Under the pieces are notes generated by a model. The model ran no database searches and was not told the origin of the DNA. It saw only the letters and a program-made list of their open reading frames with translations. Shown here in pieces: positions 46,701 through 56,721 of a stretch of 64,000 nucleotides of DNA (position 1 is the stretch's first letter; the number at the start of each line of letters is the position of its first letter). The translations under genes and the position numbers were made by a program. The DNA comes from a virus (lineage: Duplodnaviria > Heunggongvirae > Uroviricota > Caudoviricetes): the IMG/VR virus record IMGVR_UViG_3300043410_000565, positions 28,236-92,235 of that record. One strand, given 5' to 3'.

Positions 46701-49700
46701 CACTTTCAAACCAGAATTGCCGAAGTTTGGTTCTGGTATGGTTTCTCCAATCGCGTACTATGTTGGTCGTATTGATAAAGTTTCCCTTGACTCTGTTGGT
46801 AAATTGAATGTTATCACTGGCGTGCCATCAGCAAGCCCTAAAGAACCTTCTGATCCAAAAGAAGGTATGGTTATTGCGTCTATCATCGTACCACCATACA
46901 CTAAGACAGTTAAGGAAATTGTTGTAAAACAACAAGACAACCGTCGTTACACTATGCGTGATATTGGTAAGTTGGAACGTCGTATCGCTAACCTTGAATA
47001 CTATGTTACTCTTTCTTTATTGGAAAAAGATACAGCCGACTTACAAATCAAAGATGCAACTACTGGTTTGGATCGTTTCAAGAACGGTTTCATTGTTGAC
47101 CAATTTACTGGTCACGGTATCGGTGATGTTAAGAATCAAGACTATAGAATTTCTGTAGATAAGGAAACACGTACACTACGACCAATGCACGATTCTCAAG
47201 CATTGGAAATTGTTGAAAACCTAGTTTCAGGTACAGACCGTTCAAACAAGTCATATAAAAAGACTGGTGATTTGATCACTTTACCATACACTGAGTCTGC
47301 GTATATTTTCAACAATAACGCATCGCGTGCTATGGACATCCACGCTATGTCTTCTGGTGCGTTCAAGGGTCAGATTACTCTAATCCCAGAAGGTGATAAC
47401 TGGAAATCTACAGAGCGTCGTCCAGATTTGATCGCTGTTGACGATAACAACTACGATGCTATTAAATACATCGCAGAAAATGCTATCATTGATACCAAAG
47501 GTAATACCATCGTTGGTACTAAGTGGAACGAATGGCAAACTAACTGGACATCTGTAAAGAATGAAGTTGTTGGTAAGTTTGAAACATGGACATACCGTGG
47601 TTATGCTAACTCGTATGATGTTCGTGGATATGAGAACGTTCTAACAACTATGGAAGGTTATAACTACCGTGATGGTATTTCAACTTCCATGGCGAACAAT
47701 GTAAACGCTCAAGATTATGGCGATCGCGTTGTTGATGTGTCATATATTCCATATATGCGTTCTCGTCCAGTTACTGTTATCGCTCAGAACTTGAAGCCAA
47801 CAACTCGCTTCTACCCATTCTTTGATAACATCGCTGTAACAGATTATTTCAAGCCATGTGATGTATTCACTGTAACACGTGATGGTTCATCTCTAATGTC
47901 ATTCAGTTCTTTAGACCTAGATGACAACATCTTGGCTGATAGCGATAGAAGATCTTGGAATAACAAGATTGAACAAGCATTCTCTGTTGGTGACGTTTTA
48001 ACTAACGCATCTCACACTGCTGTCAACATTGAAACTATTGATCAATTGACAACAGAAGCGGCATCGTTCAACGTATATGTTACTTCTACTTCTGGTGTGC
48101 GTGCTGGGCACCACGTGTTCTTGTATAACCTTAACAACCACTCTGCTCTTAAAGAAATCACTCTTGGTGATCTAAAAGAGAACCAAGATATCCCAGAGTC
48201 AATCGGTCTAAATGACAACAGCGCTTCTGCAAGCGAATTAAACTTCAAGAAGTTTAAGGTTCTATCAGTGTCTGGCACTAAGCTAGTTCTTGGTAACATC
48301 GACGGTAGCTTGGTACAACCATTTAGCGCATACTCTACTGGTTCTTATGATTCTGGTTACTATGGTAAACTGTTGCGCTTGAAAGCATCTGGCGTTGTTG
48401 TTTATGGTGGCGTTGTTGCTGCAACCGACACAAACGGTAAGATTGTTACTCAAGACATTCACGTTGCTAACATCAAGAATGGTTTCTCTATTGGCGAAAC
48501 TTTGACTGGTTCTGTTAATATTGGTAACACTTCTTCTTACAACGGTGTTTCTATTGATTCCATCAACGGTGCATCAAGCGGTGTAGCGACTATGAAGGTT
48601 GAGGGTGATAAAGTTATCACTGATATTGATGGCACTGCAGTTGGCGTGTTCTATATCCCAGAATCTGATACTCTATCATTCCGTACTGGCGAACGTACTT
48701 TCAAGTTCACTGATAACTCAGCGAACAGCAATGCTTCGTTTGACTCTATTGGTTCATGCGTATACTACTCACAAGGTATTAGCCTAAGCAAAGAACGCAC
48801 TATCGTTTCTTCTCGTAGCGTTGAGTTTGTACAAGCCGCCACTTATGAAGATACCAAGGCACTTCCACCTGTCCGTCGTTCTTCTACAACAGCACGTCAG
48901 ATTTACTATTGGGTGTATGATCCACTAGCGCAAACGTTCACTGTAAGCTCTGAAGGTGGTTGCTTCATTACTTCAGTTGACTTGTATTTCGCCGCTAAAG
49001 GTAATCGTCCTGTTTCTATCGAACTTAGAAACACTGACAATGGAGTACCTTCTTCAAAGGTTATCCCATTCTCTAAGGTTACTAAACCAGTTGATGATAT
49101 TATCGTTTCTGATGACAGCTCTTTGAAGACAACATTTAAGTTCAAGTCTCCAGTATACCTACAGGATACTGAAACATACTCTCTAGTTGTTATGACTGAT
49201 GAGCCAGGAACTCAATTATATGTTTCTGAAATGGGACAAGTTGACTTGTTGACTTCTAACACTATCGCAGGTCAGCCTCTAACTGGTTCTCTATATGCTT
49301 CTCAAAATGCTAAAGAGTGGGAAATCCACTCGCTATTGGATATGAAGTTTGCCTTAAATAAAGCAACTTTCGATATCTCTGTTAGCCCAGAAGTTGAGTT
49401 CAGAACTGTTGCTCCTGGTATGGCTAAACTACCATACAACCCGTTTGAAATTACCCCAGGAACTAATAAGGTTCGTGTGTATGCTCCAAACCACGGTTTA
49501 ATGGCAGGTCAAACTGTTACAATCGACAACGTACCAGAAGGCTTCTATGGCGCCAACTCTGAGACTGTTGGTATCCCGCACACTTTGTTGAATACTAAAC
49601 ACACAGTTCTATCTGCTGGTTTGGAAAAAGACTCATTCGTTATCGCAATCGTCACAGCTGTAAATGGCGAAAACGTGTTGGGTGGAACTGTTAACGATTT

Positions 49701-51030
49701 CATCAAAGGTGAATACGGTGGTGCGGACGTACAGTGCTCTCGTGGTATTCCAATGGACGTTCTATTCTTGAGAACTTCTGATTTGAACTTCCAAGACACA
49801 AGCATCAAATACAGCGTTATCTCTCAAACTGCGGCTGGAACCTTTAACGATTCCAACCCATATGCTATTGTTGCTAATGCTAACCATAACTTCGACACAC
49901 GCATGAACATCCGTTCTGTTGATAACCAAGAAACTGATATCAACAATAACAAGCGTTCTTCGTTACAAGTTAAGGCTGCATTGTATTCTTCAAATAAGAA
50001 TCTTTCTCCAGTTATTGACTTACAACAAGTTTCAGCTTACGCTATCGCTAACATGATCGATGATCAAACTGCTGAAGATATTAACGTACCTGAGATTGAT
50101 ACTCGAAAGATTATCGGTGCTGGTGATACAGTTCTTTCAAACTATGCAGTTGTTGGTACTGGTACAATCAGCGTAAGCAACGGTTCTACTTCAGTTGTTG
50201 GTGCAAGTTCTCTGTTTACTGTTGAAGTTGCTGTTGGTAACATCTTGACAAAGAGCGATGGAACTGTTATTGGTACTGTACAGACTATCACTGATAACAC
50301 TCATATCACTCTAGCTTCAAGCTACACTGGCACTACTTTATCTGCAGTTGCCTATGACATTGGTTCTACTCCAAGCCTAGTGTTTGAAAACATTAACGGT
50401 GTTGGCGTTATCAGAACTAATATTGACTCCGCAGATAACCTATTGGCTTCTGTTGGTATTGGTAAGTCGTTGACTATCTCTGGTGTTGCTTCTGGTATTG
50501 ATGGTGATTATGTTGTCACTGACGTACAAGTATCTGAAGATACAAGCATCTATTATGGTAATACTGAGCTAGATAAAGTTAAGGTATTCTTGAATGCAGC
50601 CTTCGGAACTACAACTACTATCGATATGTCACAAGACGTTGATTTCGATATCAGCGTACAAAATAAGTTCGTGAATGATTTTGCTCCATCTGGTTCACAC
50701 AATGCAGCAAACTATATTACTAGAACTCTACAATTGACATCGGCAGCTGATAGCTTCAAGGTCATCTTTGATGGTAATATCGTTAACAATACTGACGTTA
50801 AGATTTACTACCGTACATGGACTGGTGACGTTGATTTGTTGAAGTTGCCATACAAAGACGCTGGTGCAAGTTTCGACAACTCTGATCCAGAAGGTAAATT
50901 TGTTGAGCGCACCCTTGAAGTTGGCGGTATTGAACCTTTCTATAACATCGCTATCAAGATTGTTATGAAATCTTCAAACCCTGTTGCCGTTCCAATGATC
51001 AAGAACTTACGTTTGTTGGCTCTATCATGA
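43789..51030 (+). CDS. very large virion structural protein (DUF4815/VrlC-like)
   Basis: DFNTEPYFDDY...FYRILFRPSYAVQARELTQIQ, APGAHRY, ARRTHDESGNY, DRFKNGFIVD, DPLAQTF. Confidence 0.85.
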   Translation: MALDFNTEPYFDDYSDAKDFYRILFRPSYAVQARELTQIQTILQNQVSRFGDHVFKNGSQVIPGSVNVNNKVHFIKLEKFTGTEDVTTYIKEFKNKVIRGETSGVKMVVIDTSADSSVVDNLDEPTLYCQIEGTADNNETYRLQPGENIWAEVEDNLISTNFRLTEDQLVRRQLIIKATGSEGEEPSTYLEAPTIDFPNPASSNVLGYAYSVEVKAGIYYVDGIFVRNDDLKVYAGRFSNTPTYRVGFKVTEEYITPEDDESILDNATGSYNFAAPGAHRYQIKLSLVKLPLVSTDTFKFIELVRVVDGRIQSKVDRASYSELEKAMARRTHDESGNYEVNKFKLSIREHLNDGTNQGMYPELIGTAVPGTTYGDADKFVLVMDPGKAYVSGYEIESTSSQYIEFDKARENNGLENGHVRRIGLQNIGLNYGNYVKVNNLFRVPDIKNFTKVYLVKKLQPKPATFRVNLSGGSVSSVDVIDGGIGYSGNGTVVIKPTSSFSGTPAVATATVTNGKVVSVSVGTAGSGYSTTPNAYFISNLTGLGVAPSASDIVGTARVKALQLASGSYSSAATVYNLGLIDINMNSGYSFDLDVKSIIGTAGSGNFSCDVQPTLVSLIGTGTSSTSSTTITGSGTAFIGFVKAGDIIYLNDKRVGTVSTFTNTAITLTANAEFAVTDGRISVFTSTLYEPKFESLLFPVGQAYVKTLKGRNANNTADTEPVSSTLVRRLFGSKTSSNNIVEFKVTDTDETIELDTDLSNYTLINNTTGLPVDISETTVTFNSSGPRQTVYISGVADTESYSLIASVAQEQAAARAKQKVLVENYEFDGAFKKNIAATSAITLDHCDIFKLKSVLMNPGEFDTFDELAAIDITDRYTLDNGQRDTYYAAGRILLKPGFQVPNGAIRVVYDYFEGGIESGNYFSVDSYTHASGVPYADIPSHYVTNQENGKRVQTSLSDVLDFRPYISGLNASTFKPELPKFGSGMVSPIAYYVGRIDKVSLDSVGKLNVITGVPSASPKEPSDPKEGMVIASIIVPPYTKTVKEIVVKQQDNRRYTMRDIGKLERRIANLEYYVTLSLLEKDTADLQIKDATTGLDRFKNGFIVDQFTGHGIGDVKNQDYRISVDKETRTLRPMHDSQALEIVENLVSGTDRSNKSYKKTGDLITLPYTESAYIFNNNASRAMDIHAMSSGAFKGQITLIPEGDNWKSTERRPDLIAVDDNNYDAIKYIAENAIIDTKGNTIVGTKWNEWQTNWTSVKNEVVGKFETWTYRGYANSYDVRGYENVLTTMEGYNYRDGISTSMANNVNAQDYGDRVVDVSYIPYMRSRPVTVIAQNLKPTTRFYPFFDNIAVTDYFKPCDVFTVTRDGSSLMSFSSLDLDDNILADSDRRSWNNKIEQAFSVGDVLTNASHTAVNIETIDQLTTEAASFNVYVTSTSGVRAGHHVFLYNLNNHSALKEITLGDLKENQDIPESIGLNDNSASASELNFKKFKVLSVSGTKLVLGNIDGSLVQPFSAYSTGSYDSGYYGKLLRLKASGVVVYGGVVAATDTNGKIVTQDIHVANIKNGFSIGETLTGSVNIGNTSSYNGVSIDSINGASSGVATMKVEGDKVITDIDGTAVGVFYIPESDTLSFRTGERTFKFTDNSANSNASFDSIGSCVYYSQGISLSKERTIVSSRSVEFVQAATYEDTKALPPVRRSSTTARQIYYWVYDPLAQTFTVSSEGGCFITSVDLYFAAKGNRPVSIELRNTDNGVPSSKVIPFSKVTKPVDDIIVSDDSSLKTTFKFKSPVYLQDTETYSLVVMTDEPGTQLYVSEMGQVDLLTSNTIAGQPLTGSLYASQNAKEWEIHSLLDMKFALNKATFDISVSPEVEFRTVAPGMAKLPYNPFEITPGTNKVRVYAPNHGLMAGQTVTIDNVPEGFYGANSETVGIPHTLLNTKHTVLSAGLEKDSFVIAIVTAVNGENVLGGTVNDFIKGEYGGADVQCSRGIPMDVLFLRTSDLNFQDTSIKYSVISQTAAGTFNDSNPYAIVANANHNFDTRMNIRSVDNQETDINNNKRSSLQVKAALYSSNKNLSPVIDLQQVSAYAIANMIDDQTAEDINVPEIDTRKIIGAGDTVLSNYAVVGTGTISVSNGSTSVVGASSLFTVEVAVGNILTKSDGTVIGTVQTITDNTHITLASSYTGTTLSAVAYDIGSTPSLVFENINGVGVIRTNIDSADNLLASVGIGKSLTISGVASGIDGDYVVTDVQVSEDTSIYYGNTELDKVKVFLNAAFGTTTTIDMSQDVDFDISVQNKFVNDFAPSGSHNAANYITRTLQLTSAADSFKVIFDGNIVNNTDVKIYYRTWTGDVDLLKLPYKDAGASFDNSDPEGKFVERTLEVGGIEPFYNIAIKIVMKSSNPVAVPMIKNLRLLALS

Positions 51031-51275
51031 GTTTAGCTCAGATTGAAGGGTTCTCTAGTCTAAGAAAAGACACCGCCAATGGCGGTGTCGTGAACGTCGA
51101 TACTAAGATGTATGAGAATCATAAAGCTCAGAAAATGCTTGCTCTTAGAAATATGCAACAACAGAAATCAACGCAAGATACTATGTCCAACTTGCAGAGC
51201 GAGATAAATATGATTAAGAATGACATGAACGACATTAGAAGCATGTTGATTCAACTATTAGAAAAAGGTAACTGA
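51027..51275 (+). CDS. small coiled-coil protein
   Basis: ATGA overlap; usual position after the large virion gene. Confidence 0.75.
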   Translation: MSLAQIEGFSSLRKDTANGGVVNVDTKMYENHKAQKMLALRNMQQQKSTQDTMSNLQSEINMIKNDMNDIRSMLIQLLEKGN

Positions 51276-52489
51276 TGGCTGCTATTCACTTAAGACAAGA
51301 CAAAGAACGTCCACTAACAATTCAAGAAGTTGACGAGAACTTTGACTCAATCAACCGTGAGGTTGGACAGAAGCTGGACACGTTGGCGTTTAACGCTACT
51401 AACATCTTACAATTATTGAACGGTAACGCTGGCGCTGGTTCAACTCTTGATGCTGATAAAGTTCAAGGTAAGTATCCAACATCTGCCGCTAACCCAAACA
51501 CAGTGGTAATCCGCGATGGTTCTGGTAACACTTACTTCAATCAGGTCTATGGTCTACACATTGGTGATGTTGTTGGTGACGTACAAGGTACAGTAACTGG
51601 GGCATTGATCGGTAACGCAACCAACGTTGATGGTGTTGTTCAAGTTGAGCACGGTGGTACTGGTGGTACGACTCCTTCGGCAGCTAGACAGAACATTGGT
51701 TGTGGTTCTATGGCAGTTCAAAACAAGAACACCGTTGATATCACTGGTGGTACTATTACTGGCATCACTGACTTAACAGTCGCCGACGGTGGTACTGGTG
51801 CTTCTACTGCATCTGGCGCACGTTCTAACCTTGGTTTAGTTATCGGTGCTGACGTTCAATCATATGCAGCTATCCTTTCTGGTATTTCATCCACAGCAGG
51901 TGATGGTCTAATTATTAGAACTACGACTAACTCTGCAGTATCTCGCAAGTTTATCCAAGGTAACTCTATCGAGATCACCAACCCTACTGGTAAAGATGGT
52001 GATATTACAGTTGCTTTGGCTCTAGCACCTTCTGTCTCAAGTATTACTAAAGCTGGTACAGACGGTACTGGTGATATTGGACAATCTAATAATAGATTCG
52101 CGACTATCTATGGTACAGCTACTTCAGCAAAATACGCTGACTTGGCAGAAAAGTATACAACAGATAAACATTATGAGCCAGGAACAGTTATTGTAGTTGC
52201 TCACGGTGGCGATTCCGAAGCCACTGCATCATTCCAACTAGGTCAACGTGTAATTGGTGTTGTTTCTACAAAACCAGCGCACATTATGAATGATGAATCT
52301 ACTGGTCAAGCTATCGGTTTGACAGGTCGTTTACCAGTTAAGGTTACTGGACCAATTAAAAAAGGTCAAACTCTTATCGCTTCTCCAGACGGTTATGCTG
52401 TTGCGGGTGAAGGTCAAAACGTGATTGGTCAAGCGCTGGAAACTAACTTGAACGCTGGCGTTAAGCTAGTGGAATGTATTATTAAATAA
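51275..52489 (+). CDS. tail fibre-like protein with C-terminal chaperone/autocleavage-like domain
   Basis: N-terminal KERPLTIQEVDENF; GGTG repeats; ATSAKYADLAEKY...GVVSTKPAH...GLTGRLPVKV. Confidence 0.75.
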   Translation: MAAIHLRQDKERPLTIQEVDENFDSINREVGQKLDTLAFNATNILQLLNGNAGAGSTLDADKVQGKYPTSAANPNTVVIRDGSGNTYFNQVYGLHIGDVVGDVQGTVTGALIGNATNVDGVVQVEHGGTGGTTPSAARQNIGCGSMAVQNKNTVDITGGTITGITDLTVADGGTGASTASGARSNLGLVIGADVQSYAAILSGISSTAGDGLIIRTTTNSAVSRKFIQGNSIEITNPTGKDGDITVALALAPSVSSITKAGTDGTGDIGQSNNRFATIYGTATSAKYADLAEKYTTDKHYEPGTVIVVAHGGDSEATASFQLGQRVIGVVSTKPAHIMNDESTGQAIGLTGRLPVKVTGPIKKGQTLIASPDGYAVAGEGQNVIGQALETNLNAGVKLVECIIK

Positions 52490-52504
52490 CACTGGATTTT
52501 TGTT

Positions 52505-54355
52505 ATGAAAAAGTTCCTGTTGGTGAATTACTCGCCAGCTACATCCAACGATGGGTCACAAGAGGTTCCATACCTCTGGATGACCCTTCATTCATACTTC
52601 AAACGTAATTCTGTAAACCCAAATGCATGGGAATGGTTAGAACCAATATATTCACCATTAGCAGAAACCCCAGAAGAATTAGTAGATAAAATTGTATCTC
52701 AAACGCCAGACGTTATTGGGATATCTTGTTACATCTGGAACAGCTCTCTTACTTTTTGGGTGGCTGAGCAAGTTAAATTAAAGCTACCTAATGTAAAGAT
52801 TATCGCTGGTGGACCAAGTTTAAATTATTGGAAACATCAAGATTGGTTTAAGATATACTGGTATATTGACCTTGTTTGTAATTACAATGGATACGGTGAA
52901 CCCTTTATAACATCATATTTGGATGGTGCTTCGGTAAAGGAAATTCCATATGCGATATATCCAGACCTTGGTCGGCACGTGTGGAATGAATCAACTGCAA
53001 AAATTACTGTAAAAGAATTTAAGTGGCCAGCACCATATAAAGATAATATTGAATATCTAAAACAGTTTAAAATAAAACACCCTGATGTTAAGGGGATAGT
53101 TGATACTTCTCGTGGATGCCCCTATGCTTGCGTATTCTGTGAGTGGGGTGGCGGCACTTCCACCAAAGTGGCATTTAGACCACTTGTAGACACGCTAGAA
53201 GAACTAGAAATTATGTTTAGTATCTTACAGCCGAAATACGTTGATATTAACAATGCCAATTTTGGTGTTATTAAAGAAGATTTAGTATGCGCTGAAAAGA
53301 TTTGCGAATTGCAAGAAAAATATAAATGTGTACAAGACGTTAATGTGTATGGACCAACTAAGTCTAATAAACTAAGGTTGAAGCAGATATTAAATCTATT
53401 TGCGAAGGTTGGTATAATCCAAGATATGAAACTTTCCGTCCAGTCAACTAATAAACAAATCCTTGATAATATCAAACGTGTTGATATGACATACTCTGAT
53501 CAAAAAGATTTGTTTATCTCAGTTGCAGAAGAAAATAATATCCAATTAAAATTTGAAGGTATTTTGGGGCTTCCAGGGGAAACCGTTGAAACATTCTATC
53601 AAACTATATCTGATTTGGTTGACGATCAAACTCACCCAATGATGTATGAGTGGATTATGTTAGATTCATCTCCAGCTGCAAGAGAACCATATTTCAGCGA
53701 AATGGGTATTGTAACAAAAGAAGTAAAATTCAGAAGAAATGCGTATCTAAACCACACAAAACCTAAGAAAGACGAAGCTATCGGTGACGTTGGTTATCGT
53801 AATATTTTACACGATACTGTATTCGCTAATATAGAAGCTCCAAGGTATGTTGTTGGTACATATTCATACAACTCAGTAGATTGGGTTGAGATGAAGATGG
53901 CTCGTCACGTGTTCTATACTCTTTATAAAACACATTTGATTCAACCATACATTAGACACCTAAGATCTATTGGCGTCCCTATCAATGAATTCTTCAAACG
54001 TTCATTTAGAGGATTCTTCTTAAGAATCCCTCAAGTAAAAATAGCGCATGATGTAATGTTGAAGCAGGTACAATCTGATGAACTACTAGACCCATATTAT
54101 GTAAGTATCGCTGATAACTTACCATACTTTAGCTACTATTCTACTATTAAGTTTGCCATTCTGTTAGACCCTAAGATGTTCTTTAAACTATTTGGAGAAT
54201 GGTTGGTGTCAGCGTATGGTGATACTCACTTTATTGATATTTCTAATGCGATTGGCAACGCTGTTCAAACACCAATGTATAGTGAAATGCCACCAAGAGA
54301 AAAGATATCATCAATCATCGCAATGTGCGAAATGGTAGAATTACCTTTGGTCTAA
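52505..54355 (+). CDS. cobalamin-binding (class B) radical SAM enzyme
   Basis: B12-domain-like PDVIGISCYIWN...IIAGGP; TSRGCPYACVFCEWG; LSVQS; ILGLPGET. Confidence 0.88.
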   Translation: MKKFLLVNYSPATSNDGSQEVPYLWMTLHSYFKRNSVNPNAWEWLEPIYSPLAETPEELVDKIVSQTPDVIGISCYIWNSSLTFWVAEQVKLKLPNVKIIAGGPSLNYWKHQDWFKIYWYIDLVCNYNGYGEPFITSYLDGASVKEIPYAIYPDLGRHVWNESTAKITVKEFKWPAPYKDNIEYLKQFKIKHPDVKGIVDTSRGCPYACVFCEWGGGTSTKVAFRPLVDTLEELEIMFSILQPKYVDINNANFGVIKEDLVCAEKICELQEKYKCVQDVNVYGPTKSNKLRLKQILNLFAKVGIIQDMKLSVQSTNKQILDNIKRVDMTYSDQKDLFISVAEENNIQLKFEGILGLPGETVETFYQTISDLVDDQTHPMMYEWIMLDSSPAAREPYFSEMGIVTKEVKFRRNAYLNHTKPKKDEAIGDVGYRNILHDTVFANIEAPRYVVGTYSYNSVDWVEMKMARHVFYTLYKTHLIQPYIRHLRSIGVPINEFFKRSFRGFFLRIPQVKIAHDVMLKQVQSDELLDPYYVSIADNLPYFSYYSTIKFAILLDPKMFFKLFGEWLVSAYGDTHFIDISNAIGNAVQTPMYSEMPPREKISSIIAMCEMVELPLV

Positions 54356-55684
54356 TTTCTTATTGAAAATCATTTCAAAGGCTTTGTTTTGAATAGCCTT
54401 GTGATAAACTTTTTCAATCGCGCAGTTTGTGTAGAACACCTCATCAGGTACTTCGATTGGGCAGTTAGATTTACACAGTCTAAACACCTCACATGAGCGA
54501 CAGTGACGTTCATAGCGATCCAAATCTACCCTTGCTAAAGAAACGTTCTCGAGTTCATCAATATGACCGCCGATGAATGATTCATCTGTATGCGGGCAAG
54601 TTCTAACATTACCCTTCATATCAACGGATAATACTCCAGAGTCATCAACCCCACACGAAGTAATATAAGTTGGGAGGATCTGTTTACGCAGAGTCTTGGT
54701 GTATGGTAAAACTCCAAGGTGTGACTCTATCAAGGAGTTGTTTAATAGTTTATGGTCTACACCCTTAAAGCGTTGTTCAATGCTATCGTCAATGAAGCGT
54801 TTGATGATATCTTTGAACTTTGCTAGACTTTCACCGTGGATGACATGGTGAGAAGAACCACCATCATGATTGTGACCAACTGTCCAGCTGATCGCAGTCT
54901 TTCTTAAATCAATACCGTTCTGTGTACAATATTCATAGAAGAACTTATTGATTTCGTACAAGTCATAGTTCGTGTGAGAAAGAACTGGGTTAAAGCTGAA
55001 TTGTATGTTGCTATACTTCTGAGCTTCTTTAAGAATATCAACCTTCTTGTGTAGGAATTCTTCACCACGCAGTCGTTCGTGTCCTGGACCATCATGCGAC
55101 AAACCAATAGAAACAGTACCTTTAAGAGTCTTGAAGAACTCAATATGTTTCATCTGTAGAGGTGTACCATTGGTTGGGATAAACCACGTCAACCCCTCGC
55201 GATCAAACTCGCGCATTAACACTTCCATCGTCTTCCAATATAGAAGCGTTTCTCCACCCCACAAATCAATCTTCTCTAAACGAGATAAATCAAGTCGTTT
55301 GATTTGTTCAATAAACGTGTCAACTGTTGTTATCTTCTCACGTTCGTCTGGATTGCCAATATCCTTCTGCATGCAATATGAACAATCGTAATTGCAAGCG
55401 TGACCGAGAAGAACCCTAATCCAGAATGGCTTGTTTGATTTAGCCCTAGTTCTTACTTCTCCATTTACACTCTCATAGAAAGCATCAGGTTCAGTTGGTT
55501 CAGAAAGCGGTTCTTTATTACTATTGTAGATACCGTTGGTGTAGTTATCATAATAGAACTGAGTTCCGTCTTCAAATTTGAACTGAATAAAACTCTCAGC
55601 ATCTCGTGCAAGAGGAGTTCTTTGAGTTTCCTTCTTTAGCTTACTGCGTAGAGAAGCGAGGCTGATGCTGTATGTGTGGCTCAT
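54341..55684 (-). CDS. radical SAM/SPASM protein
   Basis: GHACNYDCSYC, WGGETL, SHDGP, SPASM CGVD...GNVRTC...CRSCEVFRLCKSNCP. Confidence 0.92.
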   Translation of the reverse strand: MSHTYSISLASLRSKLKKETQRTPLARDAESFIQFKFEDGTQFYYDNYTNGIYNSNKEPLSEPTEPDAFYESVNGEVRTRAKSNKPFWIRVLLGHACNYDCSYCMQKDIGNPDEREKITTVDTFIEQIKRLDLSRLEKIDLWGGETLLYWKTMEVLMREFDREGLTWFIPTNGTPLQMKHIEFFKTLKGTVSIGLSHDGPGHERLRGEEFLHKKVDILKEAQKYSNIQFSFNPVLSHTNYDLYEINKFFYEYCTQNGIDLRKTAISWTVGHNHDGGSSHHVIHGESLAKFKDIIKRFIDDSIEQRFKGVDHKLLNNSLIESHLGVLPYTKTLRKQILPTYITSCGVDDSGVLSVDMKGNVRTCPHTDESFIGGHIDELENVSLARVDLDRYERHCRSCEVFRLCKSNCPIEVPDEVFYTNCAIEKVYHKAIQNKAFEMIFNKKLDQR

Positions 55685-56721
55685 TTTGATAAGATAGAAA
55701 CTACTGGAGTTTGTCCATTGTGTAAACCATATGGTGTTTTAGTCCACCCCTCTAGAGAATTAAAGAAAGAACACTCTCTGGGATACATCACATATGGTAT
55801 GAAGTTAAAATCTCTATTCACTTTCGTGTTTAGAGTCGTCGTGAAATACTCTTTAAACTTACTTATGTTTGACTGGTTCGCCCAATCAGCGTATAACTCT
55901 TGTTTCCCTTTTACAACTCTATACAGGAATTCGTTCATATCAAACTCTTCAGCAAATGTATAGAATGGGTCAATAGATAAATCGCAAGCATCATCGCTTG
56001 CATAAAAGAAGTTATTGTAATACAAATGCAACGCTTCTTTATTTACCCTGATTATCTTATCATCTGTTGTCTCAATCCAAGTGTTTTGATACTCTGCCCA
56101 AGGGTGATTCAATATCTTACGCTCTTGTCTAAAATCATTATGTACACAATTGTAGACACGGCTATTATAACCCCATTCTATGATTTGGTCAAATATTTCT
56201 GAGTCTCCACAATCAATGTATTTGATCTTTTTTATTGTAAACCTATCATGTGCCCGTTTGATAAAATCAAGAAGTTTATCGACCCCAATATGCTTTACAA
56301 ACGTTGAACTAATAGATAAGTCAGCGATACCTTTAATTTGTAAATCTTTTAATTGCAAAGTTCTAATTAGGGAGTTATCGGTAACGCAGAGTTCAAACAT
56401 ATTACCGTTGGAGACATACCAATTGTAATCAGCTTTATGGAATTGCTTTAGATAGTATAAGTCGTCGTTTGTTCTAATCGAACCGAACCTTGGCAAGAAG
56501 TCCATCCAAACTTTTTCATACTTCTTTAAATCATTCCCATAGTTTGGTAGGGACTTTGTCTTTTGTAGGTTGTTCTTGATGTAACAAACCTCGCATCCAG
56601 CATCACAATAGTAGCGTTTACCAAGGCTGAAGTTTATATCATAATCCAAAGATCTAAGCGCATCTTCTTTTACCCAGTATGCGTTTAGATCGGTGTAATT
56701 ATCAAAGTCATTTCTGTCCAT
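55681..56721 (-). CDS. divergent radical SAM-like protein
   Basis: YYCDAGCEVCYI (CxxxCxxC) near the N-terminus; start MDRNDF chosen from the overlap with the upstream stop. Confidence 0.6.
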   Translation of the reverse strand: MDRNDFDNYTDLNAYWVKEDALRSLDYDINFSLGKRYYCDAGCEVCYIKNNLQKTKSLPNYGNDLKKYEKVWMDFLPRFGSIRTNDDLYYLKQFHKADYNWYVSNGNMFELCVTDNSLIRTLQLKDLQIKGIADLSISSTFVKHIGVDKLLDFIKRAHDRFTIKKIKYIDCGDSEIFDQIIEWGYNSRVYNCVHNDFRQERKILNHPWAEYQNTWIETTDDKIIRVNKEALHLYYNNFFYASDDACDLSIDPFYTFAEEFDMNEFLYRVVKGKQELYADWANQSNISKFKEYFTTTLNTKVNRDFNFIPYVMYPRECSFFNSLEGWTKTPYGLHNGQTPVVSILSK

